DNA from: an uncultured Chloroflexota bacterium
GTDB lineage: Bacteria; Chloroflexota; Dehalococcoidia; UBA2979
Direction of reading: 5' to 3'
Length of the DNA: 45,883 nt
Assembly: GCA_903917615.1 (NCBI GenBank)
Contig: CAIXBH010000040.1
Location: 1 to 45,883 of the forward strand
Below are positions 37,047-45,883 of the stretch, one piece after another (the first letter of the stretch is position 1; each line of letters begins with the position of its first letter). The notes under the pieces are model-generated. The model saw nothing but the letters and a program-made list of their open reading frames with translations, did no database searches and was not told where the DNA came from. A program made the position numbers and the translations under genes.

Positions 37047-38165
37047 TCAGGGCGTGCCGAGTGCGGAGGCGATGCCCTGCTCAGCTTCGGCGACGACCGC
37101 GCCATCCTCAACGGGCTCGGCGTTGTGCACCACGCCCTGTGAGACGGGGCCAGGGCCGACACCGTAGGCCACCAGCCGGTAGTACATGGTCTGGGTCGGC
37201 GCGATGGTGAACGCCCCCGCCCCGCTGGGGTCGGTGGTGCCGGACGCGATGGTGGTCCAGCGCACCCGGTCGGACGAAGACTGCAGGATGATCGGGGTCC
37301 CGGGTACCGGCGTGCATGTGGACTGCAGCAGGACCGGCCGACCGGGCGCGGTGGTGAACGCCACCTGCACGGGAACATCGGCGGCGGCGGCAGCCGGGCG
37401 GGCGATCGCGGCTCGATAGAAGTCGACCATGCGCGTATCGGCGCGCACGCCTACCTCGATGCGATCGCCTCCGATGTTGGCCCCCGCGGTCACGATGCCC
37501 AGCGCGCGATAGCCCTCGGCGGCGGGCTCGAAGATCGGCGCCCCGCTCATGCCGGGGACGGTGCCCCAGTTGTACACGAGCAGCGCGTTGTCGAACCCGC
37601 GCAGCGCACGAGGGTTCCGCATGTGCCACTGCGTGCCCCACGTCACGTTGGAGGGATAGCCCGCTGTCTCGAATCGGCCGGAGGCCAACCGCATGTCGGA
37701 CTCAGCACCGATCCCGAACTGCCCGACGGCGCTGCCCAGCACATCTGACGGCATCGTGATTGCGCCGTAGTCGAACGAGGGATTCCCGGTCGCGAGGAAC
37801 TGAGATGAAACGGCAAATACGGTGGCAGTCTGGCGCGCGAACGGAGCGATCACGCCATCAACCCCCGGCGTCACGCTGACGGAGGTGGCCCAACCACCGT
37901 CCTGCGGGCTGTACAGACAGTGCCCCGCCGTCGCGACGGTGTGAGGCCCCACCACAAAGCCAGTGCAGTTACCGCGGGTGTCCGGGAACTTCACCTCCAG
38001 CAGGACGACCATCCGGTAGGGGGCCACGACCTCCTCGTCCGCCCCGGTTGCGAGATGCACATGGTCGACAGAGATGAAGATCGCGAACAGGAGCATCGCG
38101 AATACGACGCGACGCGTCAGCGCGCTCAGATTGCCGTCCATGGCCGCGATGCGCGAAGTGCGCAC
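37047..38165 (-). CDS. Secreted trypsin-like serine protease (V8/glutamyl endopeptidase-like) with a C-terminal beta-rich domain
   Basis: N-terminal hydrophobic stretch; CTGFVVG..TAGHC (His), FDYG (Asp), PGMSGAP (Ser). Confidence 0.88.
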   Translation of the reverse strand: MRTSRIAAMDGNLSALTRRVVFAMLLFAIFISVDHVHLATGADEEVVAPYRMVVLLEVKFPDTRGNCTGFVVGPHTVATAGHCLYSPQDGGWATSVSVTPGVDGVIAPFARQTATVFAVSSQFLATGNPSFDYGAITMPSDVLGSAVGQFGIGAESDMRLASGRFETAGYPSNVTWGTQWHMRNPRALRGFDNALLVYNWGTVPGMSGAPIFEPAAEGYRALGIVTAGANIGGDRIEVGVRADTRMVDFYRAAIARPAAAAADVPVQVAFTTAPGRPVLLQSTCTPVPGTPIILQSSSDRVRWTTIASGTTDPSGAGAFTIAPTQTMYYRLVAYGVGPGPVSQGVVHNAEPVEDGAVVAEAEQGIASALGTP

Positions 38166-38337
38166 GACGGTGTTCCTTCCATGCGGGCGTCCTACCCGCG
38201 GGAATCATCGGCACCCCTCCAGCGGCTCCGTATCGGTCAGCAGGGCCAGAACCCGTATCAGGGGGAACCCGAAATGAAGTCGACAGACTCCCCGGTCTCC
38301 CTGCGCCGTCGCCTCGAAGGAACGACGCCCTTCTAAT

Positions 38338-38359
38338 AGAACGTCCGTTCTGGTACTAT
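38338..38359 (+). promoter_or_regulatory. LexA (SOS) box abutting an extended -10 promoter element
   Basis: AGAAC-GTCC-GTTCT at 38338-38351 (GAAC-N4-GTTC type known for Gram-positive bacteria and Dehalococcoides), then TG-G-TACTAT at 38351-38359, 26 nt before ATG 38386. Confidence 0.88.
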
Positions 38360-38385
38360 CCGCGCACCCCTGGCGGGGGAACCAG

Positions 38386-39618
38386 ATGCCGACACTTCGA
38401 ATCAACGCACCCAGCCGATCCATCGCCTGCCTGGCGATCCCGTCGCTCGCCTTCCAGTGCGAGCTCGTGGAGCACCCGGGCCTCCTCGGCACGCCCGTCG
38501 CGCTGAGCGACGAGGCGCACAGCCGCGTGGCCGACCTCACGCCCGAGGCGCGGCGACACGGGGTGCGCGCCGGCATGACCCTCCGCGACGCCGTGGAGCT
38601 CTGCCCCACCCTGTCGATCCTCGAACCGCGGCCAGCACTGGTGGCGCGGTTCGCACGCGATCTGGTGGAGGCGATGGCGGCGGTCAGCCCGCTCATCGAG
38701 GAGGCGCCGGCGGCGGAAGGGGGAGCGGGCGTCGTCTTCGCTGACCTACGGGGCACGGAGGGGATGTACCCGCGCCTCGGCGACCTCAAGCGCGCCGTGT
38801 TCGCCGGCGTGCCGCCGCAGTTGCGAGCACAGCTCGGCGTCGCAGACGCGCGCTTCACCGCGCTGCGCGCCGCCTACCGCGCCGAGCCGGGCGCGGCCCT
38901 CCACGTGCCGCTGGCGGAGGCGCCGGCGTTCCTTGCCGCGGAGTCCGTCACGCACCTCCCGCTCGACATCGACACGGTCGAGCGGCTGCAGTTGCTGGGC
39001 ATCGAGACCTGCGGGCCGTTCGCCGCGCTCCCGCGTCACGCCGTCGAGGCCCAGTTCGGGCTCGAGGGCGGCGTGGCCTGGCTGGCTGCGAGCGGCGAGG
39101 ACCCGCGGCCGGTGCGACCGCGACCGTGGGAGCGCGAACGTGTCGTGGAGCACGTGCAGGCGGAGCCGCCACTGGTGAGCCGCGAGACGGTGCTGCACGC
39201 GCTGGAGCAGATGCTCGGCCGCGCACTGCGGCAGCCACGCGCGCGGCATCGCTTCGTGCGGCTCGTGCGGCTGCGGGCGGAGACGGAGCGCGGGGCGCTC
39301 TGGGAGCGCGAGCAGGTGCTGCGCGAGCCGCTGGGTGACCGCACGCGCCTGTGGACCCTGCTGCGCTCCATCGTGGAGTACGCGGTGTTCCCCGGGCCGT
39401 TCTCGCTCGTCACCCTCGAACTCGCGGGGCTGACGGACGAGAGCGGGCGTCAGCACAGCCTCTTCGTGGAGCAGACACGCCGCCGCGAGCAACTGGACGA
39501 GATGGTGCGCCACCTGAAGGTCCGCTTCGGCGAGTCGCCCCTCGCGCGGGTCGTCGATGTCGAGCCGTGGCATCGCCTGCCGGAGCATCGCCGCGCACTG
39601 CTGGAGTACGACCCGTGA
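38386..39618 (+). CDS. imuB: Catalytically inactive Y-family polymerase homolog (ImuB/ImuY-like)
   Basis: Y-family motifs (ARRHGVRAGMTLRDAVELCP, LQLLGIETCG) without the DMDAF/SIDE acidic residues; clamp-binding motif QHSLF at 39451-39465; RecA-N-terminal-like LDEMVRHLKVRFG. Confidence 0.85.
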   Translation: MPTLRINAPSRSIACLAIPSLAFQCELVEHPGLLGTPVALSDEAHSRVADLTPEARRHGVRAGMTLRDAVELCPTLSILEPRPALVARFARDLVEAMAAVSPLIEEAPAAEGGAGVVFADLRGTEGMYPRLGDLKRAVFAGVPPQLRAQLGVADARFTALRAAYRAEPGAALHVPLAEAPAFLAAESVTHLPLDIDTVERLQLLGIETCGPFAALPRHAVEAQFGLEGGVAWLAASGEDPRPVRPRPWERERVVEHVQAEPPLVSRETVLHALEQMLGRALRQPRARHRFVRLVRLRAETERGALWEREQVLREPLGDRTRLWTLLRSIVEYAVFPGPFSLVTLELAGLTDESGRQHSLFVEQTRRREQLDEMVRHLKVRFGESPLARVVDVEPWHRLPEHRRALLEYDP

Positions 39619-39974
39619 GCCCGGAACGCGCCCGCACCCAGCGCATCACGCAGCGCGCGGGCGTGCGCACAACATCGCTGCGTTCGATCGGCATGCCGCG
39701 CGGGCTCCTCGTGCGGGTGGACGCCTCGGCGCACCCGATCGCGGTGGCCCGCGCGGACGCGCGCGGCCAGCGCCATGCGGAGTCGCGCGTGGAGCAGGTC
39801 GAGGAGGTGTGGCGCGTCGCGGAGGCGTGGTGGCGCGAGTCCACGCAGGCACGCACGTACTACCGCGTCATCCTCGAGGGCGGGCGTCCGCTCACGCTCT
39901 TCCGCGACGACGCGACGGGCGCGTGGTTCGAGCAGGCGTACTCCACGCCGGGACACACCACGGCACATGAGTGA
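39615..39974 (+). CDS. Small ImuB-C/DUF6504-like accessory protein
   Basis: GTG overlaps the imuB stop (GTGA); VEQVEEVWRVAEAWW...RTYYRV...LFRD...W pattern; located between imuB and dnaE2. Confidence 0.75.
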   Translation: MSPERARTQRITQRAGVRTTSLRSIGMPRGLLVRVDASAHPIAVARADARGQRHAESRVEQVEEVWRVAEAWWRESTQARTYYRVILEGGRPLTLFRDDATGAWFEQAYSTPGHTTAHE

Positions 39975-40010
39975 CATGGGCATGAGACGCACACCCGTGA
40001 GCAGGCGGAC

Positions 40011-43000
40011 ATGAGCAAGGGAAAGACGGACTACTCCTGGCAGGCGTTCGAGGAGCGCCGTCGCGTCATCGACGCGACGCTGGTGGACGACACGCCGCGC
40101 TCCATGGCGCGCCGCGATCCGACAGCGCCCGTGCCGCTGTCCGTGCTCGACGACGTCCCGTACGTCGAGTTGCACCTGCACTCGAACTACTCGCTCCTCG
40201 ATGGCGCATCGAGCATCGACGAGTTGCTCATCGCAGCGGAGCGGCAGGGGCACCGCGCGCTCGCGCTGACGGACCACCACGCGATGTACGGATCGATGGA
40301 GTTCGCGCGCTCCGCGAAGGAGGCGGGCATCCGCCCGATCACCGGGCTCGAGGTGGAGCTTGAAGAGGCCGATGGCACGCGATCGCACCTCACGCTGCTC
40401 GCGGAGAGCCGGCAGGGCTACTCCAACCTGTGCCGGCTCTCCAGCCGCGCCTTCGGGCTGTTCGAGGAGACACAGGAGCGGCGCGAGGTGCGCCGCCTCG
40501 ACCCGGTACTGCCCGTGGCCGCCCTCGAGGCCCACGCGGGGGGGCTCATCGCACTCACCGGCTGCCGGGATGGCCTCGTGCCGCGACTGGTGCAGGAGCA
40601 CCGCATCGAGGAGGCGGAGACCGCGCTGCGCCGCTGGGTCGCGTGGTTCGGGCGAGACGCGGTCTTCGTCGAGTTGCAGGACAACCTCGTCTTCGGCGAC
40701 CGGCCGCGAAATCGTGCGCTCGTGGGCCTCGCCGCGCGCGTGGGCGTCGACGTCGTAGGTACAAGGGACGTGCACTACCACGAGCCCGACCGGCACCGGC
40801 TGCAGGACGTGCTCGTCGCGATCCGGCACCGCAAGACCCTCGACGAATCGCACCGCGAACGGCGGCCGAACGCGGAGTTCTACCTGCGCTCGCCGGAGGA
40901 GCAGGCGCAGCGCTTCGCGGCGTACCACCCGGATGCGGCCGCGAACTCCGTGCGCATCGCACGACGCTGCGCCTTCGACCTGACGGAGGACCTCGGCTAT
41001 CAGCTCCCGGCGCCGGTGATGGCGAGCGGCCGCACGCCCATCGAGGAACTGCGCGCGCTCTGCACGGAGCGCCTCGAACTGAAGTACGTCCTCGAGGAGC
41101 GCATTGCGGCGCGGGAGCGGCTGGAGCGCGAGCTGGAGCTGGTGGAGTTGAATCACCTCGCGGGGTTCTTCCTCGTCTACCACGAGGTGATGAAGCTCGC
41201 GACGGAGGTCGCCGCCGAGGTACGCGGGCCGAGCCGGGCGCGCAGCGTCACGGAGTTGCCCCCGGGACGCGGGCGCGGCTCCTCGGTCTCCTCGATCATC
41301 TGCTACCTGATCGGCCTGTCGCACATCGACCCGATCCGCAACCGGCTGAAGATCGACCGTTTCCTCAACGACGGCATGAAATCGCTGCCGGACATCGACC
41401 TCGACTTCCCGCGCGATATCCGCGAGAAGCTGATCGAGCGCGTGTACGTGAAATGGGGCAAGGACCACGCCGCCCTCGTCGCGATCTTCCCGACGTACCG
41501 CATGCGCAGCGCCGTGCGCGACATCGGCAAGGTCCTCGGCCTGCCGGAGACCGAGGTCGACCGCCTCGCGAAGCGCGCGAAGCCATACGACCGCGCGACA
41601 CAGGCGGCCGAGGAGGTGGAGCGCCAGCGCGGCATCGCCGAGGCGACGGCGGCCTATCCCGAGGATCGCGGCTGGCTCTACCTCGCCGAGATGTCGGAGC
41701 AGCTCGCGGGGTTCCCTCGCCACCTCTCGCAGCACGTCGGCGGCATGGTCATCTCCTCGGAGCCGCTCATCGACTGCGTACCGTGTCAGCCGGCGCGCTG
41801 GCCGAACCGCTACCTCGCGCACTGGGACAAGGACAGCATCGACGACGCACGCATGGTGAAGATCGACTTCCTCGGACTGGGCATGCTCTCCGTTGTCGAG
41901 GAGTGCGTGGACCTCGTCGAGCGGCACCGGCACCGCGTCGTCGACCTGTCGCGGCATCCGAACTTCACCGACCCGGCGGTCTTCGACGAGATCTGTCGAG
42001 GCGACACGGTCGGTGTGTTCCAGATCGAGTCGCGCGCGCAGATCGCGATGCTGCCGCGCACGCAGCCACGCAACCTCGACGACCTCACGGTGCAGGTCTC
42101 CATCGTGCGACCGGGACCGATCGTCGGCGGCGCGGTGAATCCCTACGTGCGGCGGCGCGAGGCACGGCGGCACGACCCGCACTACCCGATCCCGGTCGCG
42201 GCGTGTGTGCGCGATGCCCTGGAGGAGACGCTCGGCGTCGTGCTGTTCCAGGACCAGGTGATCGAGGTCGCGAAGCGGATGGGCGGCTTCAGCGCCGGCG
42301 AGGCGGAGGCGTTCCGCCGGGCGATGAGCCGCAAGCGCTCCCTCGCCACGATGGAGCAGTACCGCCAGCAGTTCATGGAGCATGCCGTCACTTACCCCGA
42401 CGTGTCCGAGGCGGACGCCACGCGGATGTTCGAGAACCTCCTGGGCTTCGCGGAGTTCGGCTTCCCGAAGTCGCACGGCGCGGCCTTCGGGCTGCTCGCG
42501 TTCCAGTCGACCTGGCTGAAGCACTACTACCCGCCGGAGTACCTGTGCGCGCTGCTCAACGAGCAGCCCATGGGCTTCTACCCGCCCCACGTGCTGACGA
42601 AGGACGCGCAGCGCCACGGCGTGGCGATCCGGCGGCCGGACATCAACCTCAGCGACGCGCGCTGCACGGTGGAGGAGGCACTCGACGACGTCCTCGACGG
42701 CGCGCAGACGGATCTGCGCGGGGCCATCCGCGTCGGCCTCGGCTACGTGCGCGGCGTGGGCGAGGCGAGCGCGACGCGCGTGGAGGAGGAGCGCATGCGC
42801 GGCGGGCCATACCGCTCGCTCTTCGACTTCGTGCAGCGCTCCGGGCTCTCGCGCGAGGCCTCGACGAACCTCATCCGCATCGGCGCCTTCGATGGCCTCG
42901 GGCTCAACCGCCGTGAGTTGATCTGGCAGCTGGGGCTCTTCGTGAGCGGCCCTGCTTTCATGGGAAGCGCCTACCGGCGCGGGGAACAGGGCGACCTGCG

Positions 43001-43490
43001 CCGACCACGCGACCGCCAGATGCGCCTCGCGCTGCCGACCGAACAGGACGAGGTACGACTGGAGGACTTCAGCGCCTACCAGCGCATGGCCGGCGACTAC
43101 GCCGTACTGCGCCTCTCCCCGGACAGCCATCCGATGCAGTTCCTGCGCACGGCTCTCGGCGAGGGCGTCCTGTCGAGCCGGCACCTGCGCACGATGGCCG
43201 GCGGCACGCGCGTCGACCTCGCGGGGCTCGTCGTCTGCCGGCAGCAGCCGCTCACCGCGCGCGGCATCATCTTCCTGCTGCTGGAGGACGAGTTCGGCAT
43301 GGTGAACGTGCTCGTCAATCGCGAGCTGGTCGAGTCGGAGCGCGACGTCGTGCGCACCTCGGCCTTCATGCGCGTCACCGGTGTTCTCGAGGAGCGCGCA
43401 GGCGAGCAGCGCACGCTGATCGCGGAGTCGGTGGCGGAGCTGCTGCCGGCGGAGATGCTCGCGATGCCCTCGGGCAAGAGCTGGGGCTAG
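40011..43490 (+). CDS. dnaE2: Error-prone DNA polymerase III alpha subunit DnaE2 (ImuC)
   Basis: PHP domain YVELHLHSNYSLLDGAS and ALTDH, GRGRGSS, PDIDLD, RHLSQHVGG, KIDFLGLGML, GFPKSH, NEQPMGFY, C-terminal OB fold (LLEDEFG); SOS-box context. Confidence 0.93.
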   Translation: MSKGKTDYSWQAFEERRRVIDATLVDDTPRSMARRDPTAPVPLSVLDDVPYVELHLHSNYSLLDGASSIDELLIAAERQGHRALALTDHHAMYGSMEFARSAKEAGIRPITGLEVELEEADGTRSHLTLLAESRQGYSNLCRLSSRAFGLFEETQERREVRRLDPVLPVAALEAHAGGLIALTGCRDGLVPRLVQEHRIEEAETALRRWVAWFGRDAVFVELQDNLVFGDRPRNRALVGLAARVGVDVVGTRDVHYHEPDRHRLQDVLVAIRHRKTLDESHRERRPNAEFYLRSPEEQAQRFAAYHPDAAANSVRIARRCAFDLTEDLGYQLPAPVMASGRTPIEELRALCTERLELKYVLEERIAARERLERELELVELNHLAGFFLVYHEVMKLATEVAAEVRGPSRARSVTELPPGRGRGSSVSSIICYLIGLSHIDPIRNRLKIDRFLNDGMKSLPDIDLDFPRDIREKLIERVYVKWGKDHAALVAIFPTYRMRSAVRDIGKVLGLPETEVDRLAKRAKPYDRATQAAEEVERQRGIAEATAAYPEDRGWLYLAEMSEQLAGFPRHLSQHVGGMVISSEPLIDCVPCQPARWPNRYLAHWDKDSIDDARMVKIDFLGLGMLSVVEECVDLVERHRHRVVDLSRHPNFTDPAVFDEICRGDTVGVFQIESRAQIAMLPRTQPRNLDDLTVQVSIVRPGPIVGGAVNPYVRRREARRHDPHYPIPVAACVRDALEETLGVVLFQDQVIEVAKRMGGFSAGEAEAFRRAMSRKRSLATMEQYRQQFMEHAVTYPDVSEADATRMFENLLGFAEFGFPKSHGAAFGLLAFQSTWLKHYYPPEYLCALLNEQPMGFYPPHVLTKDAQRHGVAIRRPDINLSDARCTVEEALDDVLDGAQTDLRGAIRVGLGYVRGVGEASATRVEEERMRGGPYRSLFDFVQRSGLSREASTNLIRIGAFDGLGLNRRELIWQLGLFVSGPAFMGSAYRRGEQGDLRRPRDRQMRLALPTEQDEVRLEDFSAYQRMAGDYAVLRLSPDSHPMQFLRTALGEGVLSSRHLRTMAGGTRVDLAGLVVCRQQPLTARGIIFLLLEDEFGMVNVLVNRELVESERDVVRTSAFMRVTGVLEERAGEQRTLIAESVAELLPAEMLAMPSGKSWG

Positions 43491-44071
43491 CGACTCCCGC
43501 TGTCCGGCACGTCTGCCACGAGGGAGACGACCGCATCCTTCGACTGGACCGCTCCCGACCGCGGTTCGAGGCCGAGCACGCGCAGCCTCGTCGTGCCCAC
43601 CTGCCCCTCGCCCACTGCGGGTGACAGGACGATCGAGAGGTCCGCGCTGTCGTTCGCCCGAAACTGCACCGTGGCCTGCCCTGCCCAGATGCACGTCACA
43701 CCGGGCGGGCAGCGCGAATCGTCGAGGACGGCCACGAACTGGAGCAGCTCACCGCCCGGCAGTCGCACCCGCCCCCCCGGGCGCATCTGGAACGGCTGCC
43801 CCGCGACGACGGCGGGTATCGCAGGCGTGACCACGGGCGCGGCCGCCGCCGTTGCCACGGACGTGACCACGGCGGGGGTGGGTGTCGCAGTCCGTGGAAG
43901 GGGCGGTGCTGCCGTCGGACTCGCGACGGCACTGGCAGCCGGCGACGCCGTGGTCGAGACGACCGCCGACGGGGTCGCCGAAGGCGTTGCCGAAGGCGTG
44001 ATCGAGCGCGCCGGGACGTCGCAGGCCGCGAGCAGCAGAACCGAGGCAGCAAGGAGCGCACGGCGTCTCAT
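43487..44071 (-). CDS. Putative lipoprotein with a DSRCP-type domain and a Pro/Thr/Ala linker
   Basis: MRRRALLAASVLLLAAC lipobox, TPSATPSA linker, DDSRCPPGVTCIWAG; stop overlaps the dnaE2 stop (CTAG); alternative ATG at 44107. Confidence 0.8.
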   Translation of the reverse strand: MRRRALLAASVLLLAACDVPARSITPSATPSATPSAVVSTTASPAASAVASPTAAPPLPRTATPTPAVVTSVATAAAAPVVTPAIPAVVAGQPFQMRPGGRVRLPGGELLQFVAVLDDSRCPPGVTCIWAGQATVQFRANDSADLSIVLSPAVGEGQVGTTRLRVLGLEPRSGAVQSKDAVVSLVADVPDSGSR

Positions 44072-44231
44072 GCCCGTGAGACGCCTCGACGACACCGGCG
44101 GTTCCATGCGCGCTCCAACCTGCTGGACAGTGCACGACCGTGGCACGGACACTCCGTACGGAACGACTCACACCATTGTTGCCGGTTCGCACTACCGCGC
44201 CGTTACGGAGCGGTGCCAGAGAGGCAGTGTC

Positions 44232-45200
44232 ATGAAGGCCATCCAGATCACCGAGTTCGGCGGCCCCGAGCAGATGCAGTACGTCGACGTGCCGGACCCG
44301 AAGCCCGCGGAGGGACAGGTCCTCGTGCAGATCGAGGCGGCCGGCATCAACTTCGCGGACATCTACAGCCGCCGCGGCGAATACCCGGGTCCGGCACTGC
44401 CGCGCATCCTCGGCCAGGAGGCGGCGGGCACCGTGCGCGAGGTCGGACCGGGCGTCACCGGCTTCGCGCCGGGCGACCCGGTGGCCTACAGCAACGTGCC
44501 GAGCGCCTACGCCGAGCTCGCGGTGGTGCCGGCGGCACGCCTCGTGAAGCGCCCGGCGGGCCTCGACGCGAAGCAGGGCGCGGCGGCCATGCTCCAGGGC
44601 ATGACGGCGCACTACCTCTGCCACGCGACGTACCCGGTGCAGCAGGGCGACCGCGTGCTTATCCACGCTGGCGCGGGCGGCGTCGGGCTGCTGCTGATCC
44701 AGATGGTGAAGCGCCTCGGCGGCTATGTGTACACCACCGTCTCCACGGAGGAGAAGGCCGCGCTTGTCCGCGAGGCGGGAGCCGACGAGGTGATCCTGTA
44801 CTCGCATGTGGACTTCGCCGACGCGATCGCGAAGGCGACGAACGGCGAGGGCGTGCACGTCGCATACGACGCCGTCGGCAAGACGACGTTCGACGGCAGC
44901 ATCGCCTCGCTCAAGCGTCGCGGCTACATGGTGCTCTACGGCGCGGCGAGCGGCCCGGTGCCGCCGGTGAACCCCGCCGTCCTCAACGCGAAGTCGCTCT
45001 ACCTCACGCGCCCGAGCCTCGGCGACTACACCGTCACGCGTGAGGAGCTGACGCAGCGCGCCGGTGACGTCCTCGGCTGGATCGCCGAGGGCGAGCTCAA
45101 CCTGCGCATCGAGCACGTATTCCCGCTCGCGGAGGCCGCGGACGCGCACCGCGCACTCGAAGGTCGAGGCACCACGGGCAAGGTGCTCCTGATCCCGTAG
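44232..45200 (+). CDS. qor: NADPH:quinone oxidoreductase (zeta-crystallin-type MDR)
   Basis: MKAIQITEFGGPE, GINFAD, LQGMTAHYL, HAGAGGVG, YDAVGKTTF, YLTRPSL, TTGKVLL. Confidence 0.93.
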   Translation: MKAIQITEFGGPEQMQYVDVPDPKPAEGQVLVQIEAAGINFADIYSRRGEYPGPALPRILGQEAAGTVREVGPGVTGFAPGDPVAYSNVPSAYAELAVVPAARLVKRPAGLDAKQGAAAMLQGMTAHYLCHATYPVQQGDRVLIHAGAGGVGLLLIQMVKRLGGYVYTTVSTEEKAALVREAGADEVILYSHVDFADAIAKATNGEGVHVAYDAVGKTTFDGSIASLKRRGYMVLYGAASGPVPPVNPAVLNAKSLYLTRPSLGDYTVTREELTQRAGDVLGWIAEGELNLRIEHVFPLAEAADAHRALEGRGTTGKVLLIP

Positions 45201-45223
45201 CCCCGAATCGACCAACCGCATTC

Positions 45224-45251
45224 GAAGAGGCGCCCAGCCGGGCGCCTCTTC
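45224..45251. terminator. Hairpin between convergent genes, probably bidirectional
   Basis: Perfect stem gaagaggcgccc-agcc-gggcgcctcttc. Confidence 0.8.
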
Positions 45252-45273
45252 CGTTCCCAGGGAACGTGGTGAT

Positions 45274-45883
45274 CTAAATGAAGCGTCCGCCGCCGTCGAC
45301 GTGGATGACCTCGCCGGTGAGATACGCGTTCTGCATGAGCATGAGGATGACCTGCGCGATGTCCTCGGGCTGGCCGATGCGCTTGCCAGGGAGCGCGGCC
45401 GCGCGGGCGTCGAGGCGTGCGCGCGCGTCAGGGCCGGTGTTCGAGAGCGGGGTGTCGACGAGGCCCGGCGTGACGCAGTTCACCCGCACGGGCGCCAGTT
45501 CGAGAGCCAGTGCGGGCGCGAGCGCCTCGACGCCGGAGAGGATGCTCGTGAACATCGCGGCCCCCACACGCGGCCGCGACGAAATGCCGCCGGACATGAG
45601 CGTGAGCGAACCACCGTCCGTCATCTTCGGCGCGGCGTGACGCACCGCGTGCACGACGCCCCACAGCCGCACATCGACGATGCTGCGCAGGGTCTCGAGG
45701 TCGTTCTTCACGATGGCGCCGTTGCCGAGCGTGCCCGCCGAGATCAGCACGTGGTCGACGCGCGGGATCGCATCGAACAGCGCGGCGATCGAGGCCTCGT
45801 TGGCGACGTCGACGACGGCCGTGCGCGGCGGATCGCCCTCGTCCTGGGCGAGCGTGCGCTGCGCGTCGGCGAGCCGCTCGGCG
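45274..45883 (-). CDS. SDR family oxidoreductase, 5'-truncated by the window edge
   Basis: Frame open to the window end; VDVANEASI, VDHVLISAG, LALELAPVRVNCVTPGLVDTP, TGEVIHVDGG. Confidence 0.9.
   Translation of the reverse strand, partial: AERLADAQRTLAQDEGDPPRTAVVDVANEASIAALFDAIPRVDHVLISAGTLGNGAIVKNDLETLRSIVDVRLWGVVHAVRHAAPKMTDGGSLTLMSGGISSRPRVGAAMFTSILSGVEALAPALALELAPVRVNCVTPGLVDTPLSNTGPDARARLDARAAALPGKRIGQPEDIAQVILMLMQNAYLTGEVIHVDGGGRFI

Noticed and set aside
38170-38330. Firm call of a c-di-AMP (ydaO) riboswitch
   Set aside because: The conserved GGGGTGAATC and CCCGxCAGCTAAC elements are absent; kept only as a low-interest finding.
39450-43694. 1414-aa ORF on the minus strand
   Set aside because: Antisense shadow of dnaE2 caused by high-GC codon bias; no recognisable motifs. 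The same applies to 23179..25398, 21137..23212, 16100..17941, 14314..15999, 35117..36433, 43749..45221 and similar ORFs.
43840-44000. Tandem DNA repeats in the lipoprotein gene
   Set aside because: An ordinary Pro/Thr/Ala low-complexity linker (TPSATPSATPSA).
43593-44231. N-terminal extension of qor (535-aa ORF)
   Set aside because: The extension is the antisense of the lipoprotein gene; qor homology starts at ATG 44232 after gagg.

Overview
High-GC bacterial chromosomal window, most likely Chloroflexota of the class Dehalococcoidia. This is inferred from an AGAAC-N4-GTTCT LexA box, orphan Tat-lipoprotein family-5 solute-binding proteins and expanded thiolase/DUF35/CoA-transferase/LLM paralogs. 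Layout: (1) 1-3696: the 3' part of a large gene ending in an edema factor/CyaA/ExoY-like (class II) nucleotidyl cyclase domain preceded by a pre-toxin-TG-like segment, a translationally coupled gene of unknown function (candidate immunity protein or regulator), and a convergent stand-alone cNMP-binding protein. This is the best candidate for an undescribed system. (2) 3.9-7.7 kb: small metabolic genes. (3) A tRNA with a CAT anticodon, then a repeat array and an apparently decaying catabolic block (8.2-13.8 kb) with a frameshifted LLM oxidoreductase and a deletion scar joining a serine-hydrolase remnant to a thiolase remnant. (4) 14-36.5 kb: a CoA-dependent catabolic region with three Cys-less thiolase-like genes, DUF35 partners, an acyl-CoA dehydrogenase, MaoC, a fused double CoA-transferase, tandem amidohydrolases, three orphan SBPs and MmgE/PrpD. 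(5) 36.6-45.9 kb: yciH, a secreted serine protease, a LexA-controlled imuB-like/small gene/dnaE2 mutagenesis cassette, a lipoprotein, qor and a partial SDR. All family calls come from motif recognition by eye; no database searches were run.
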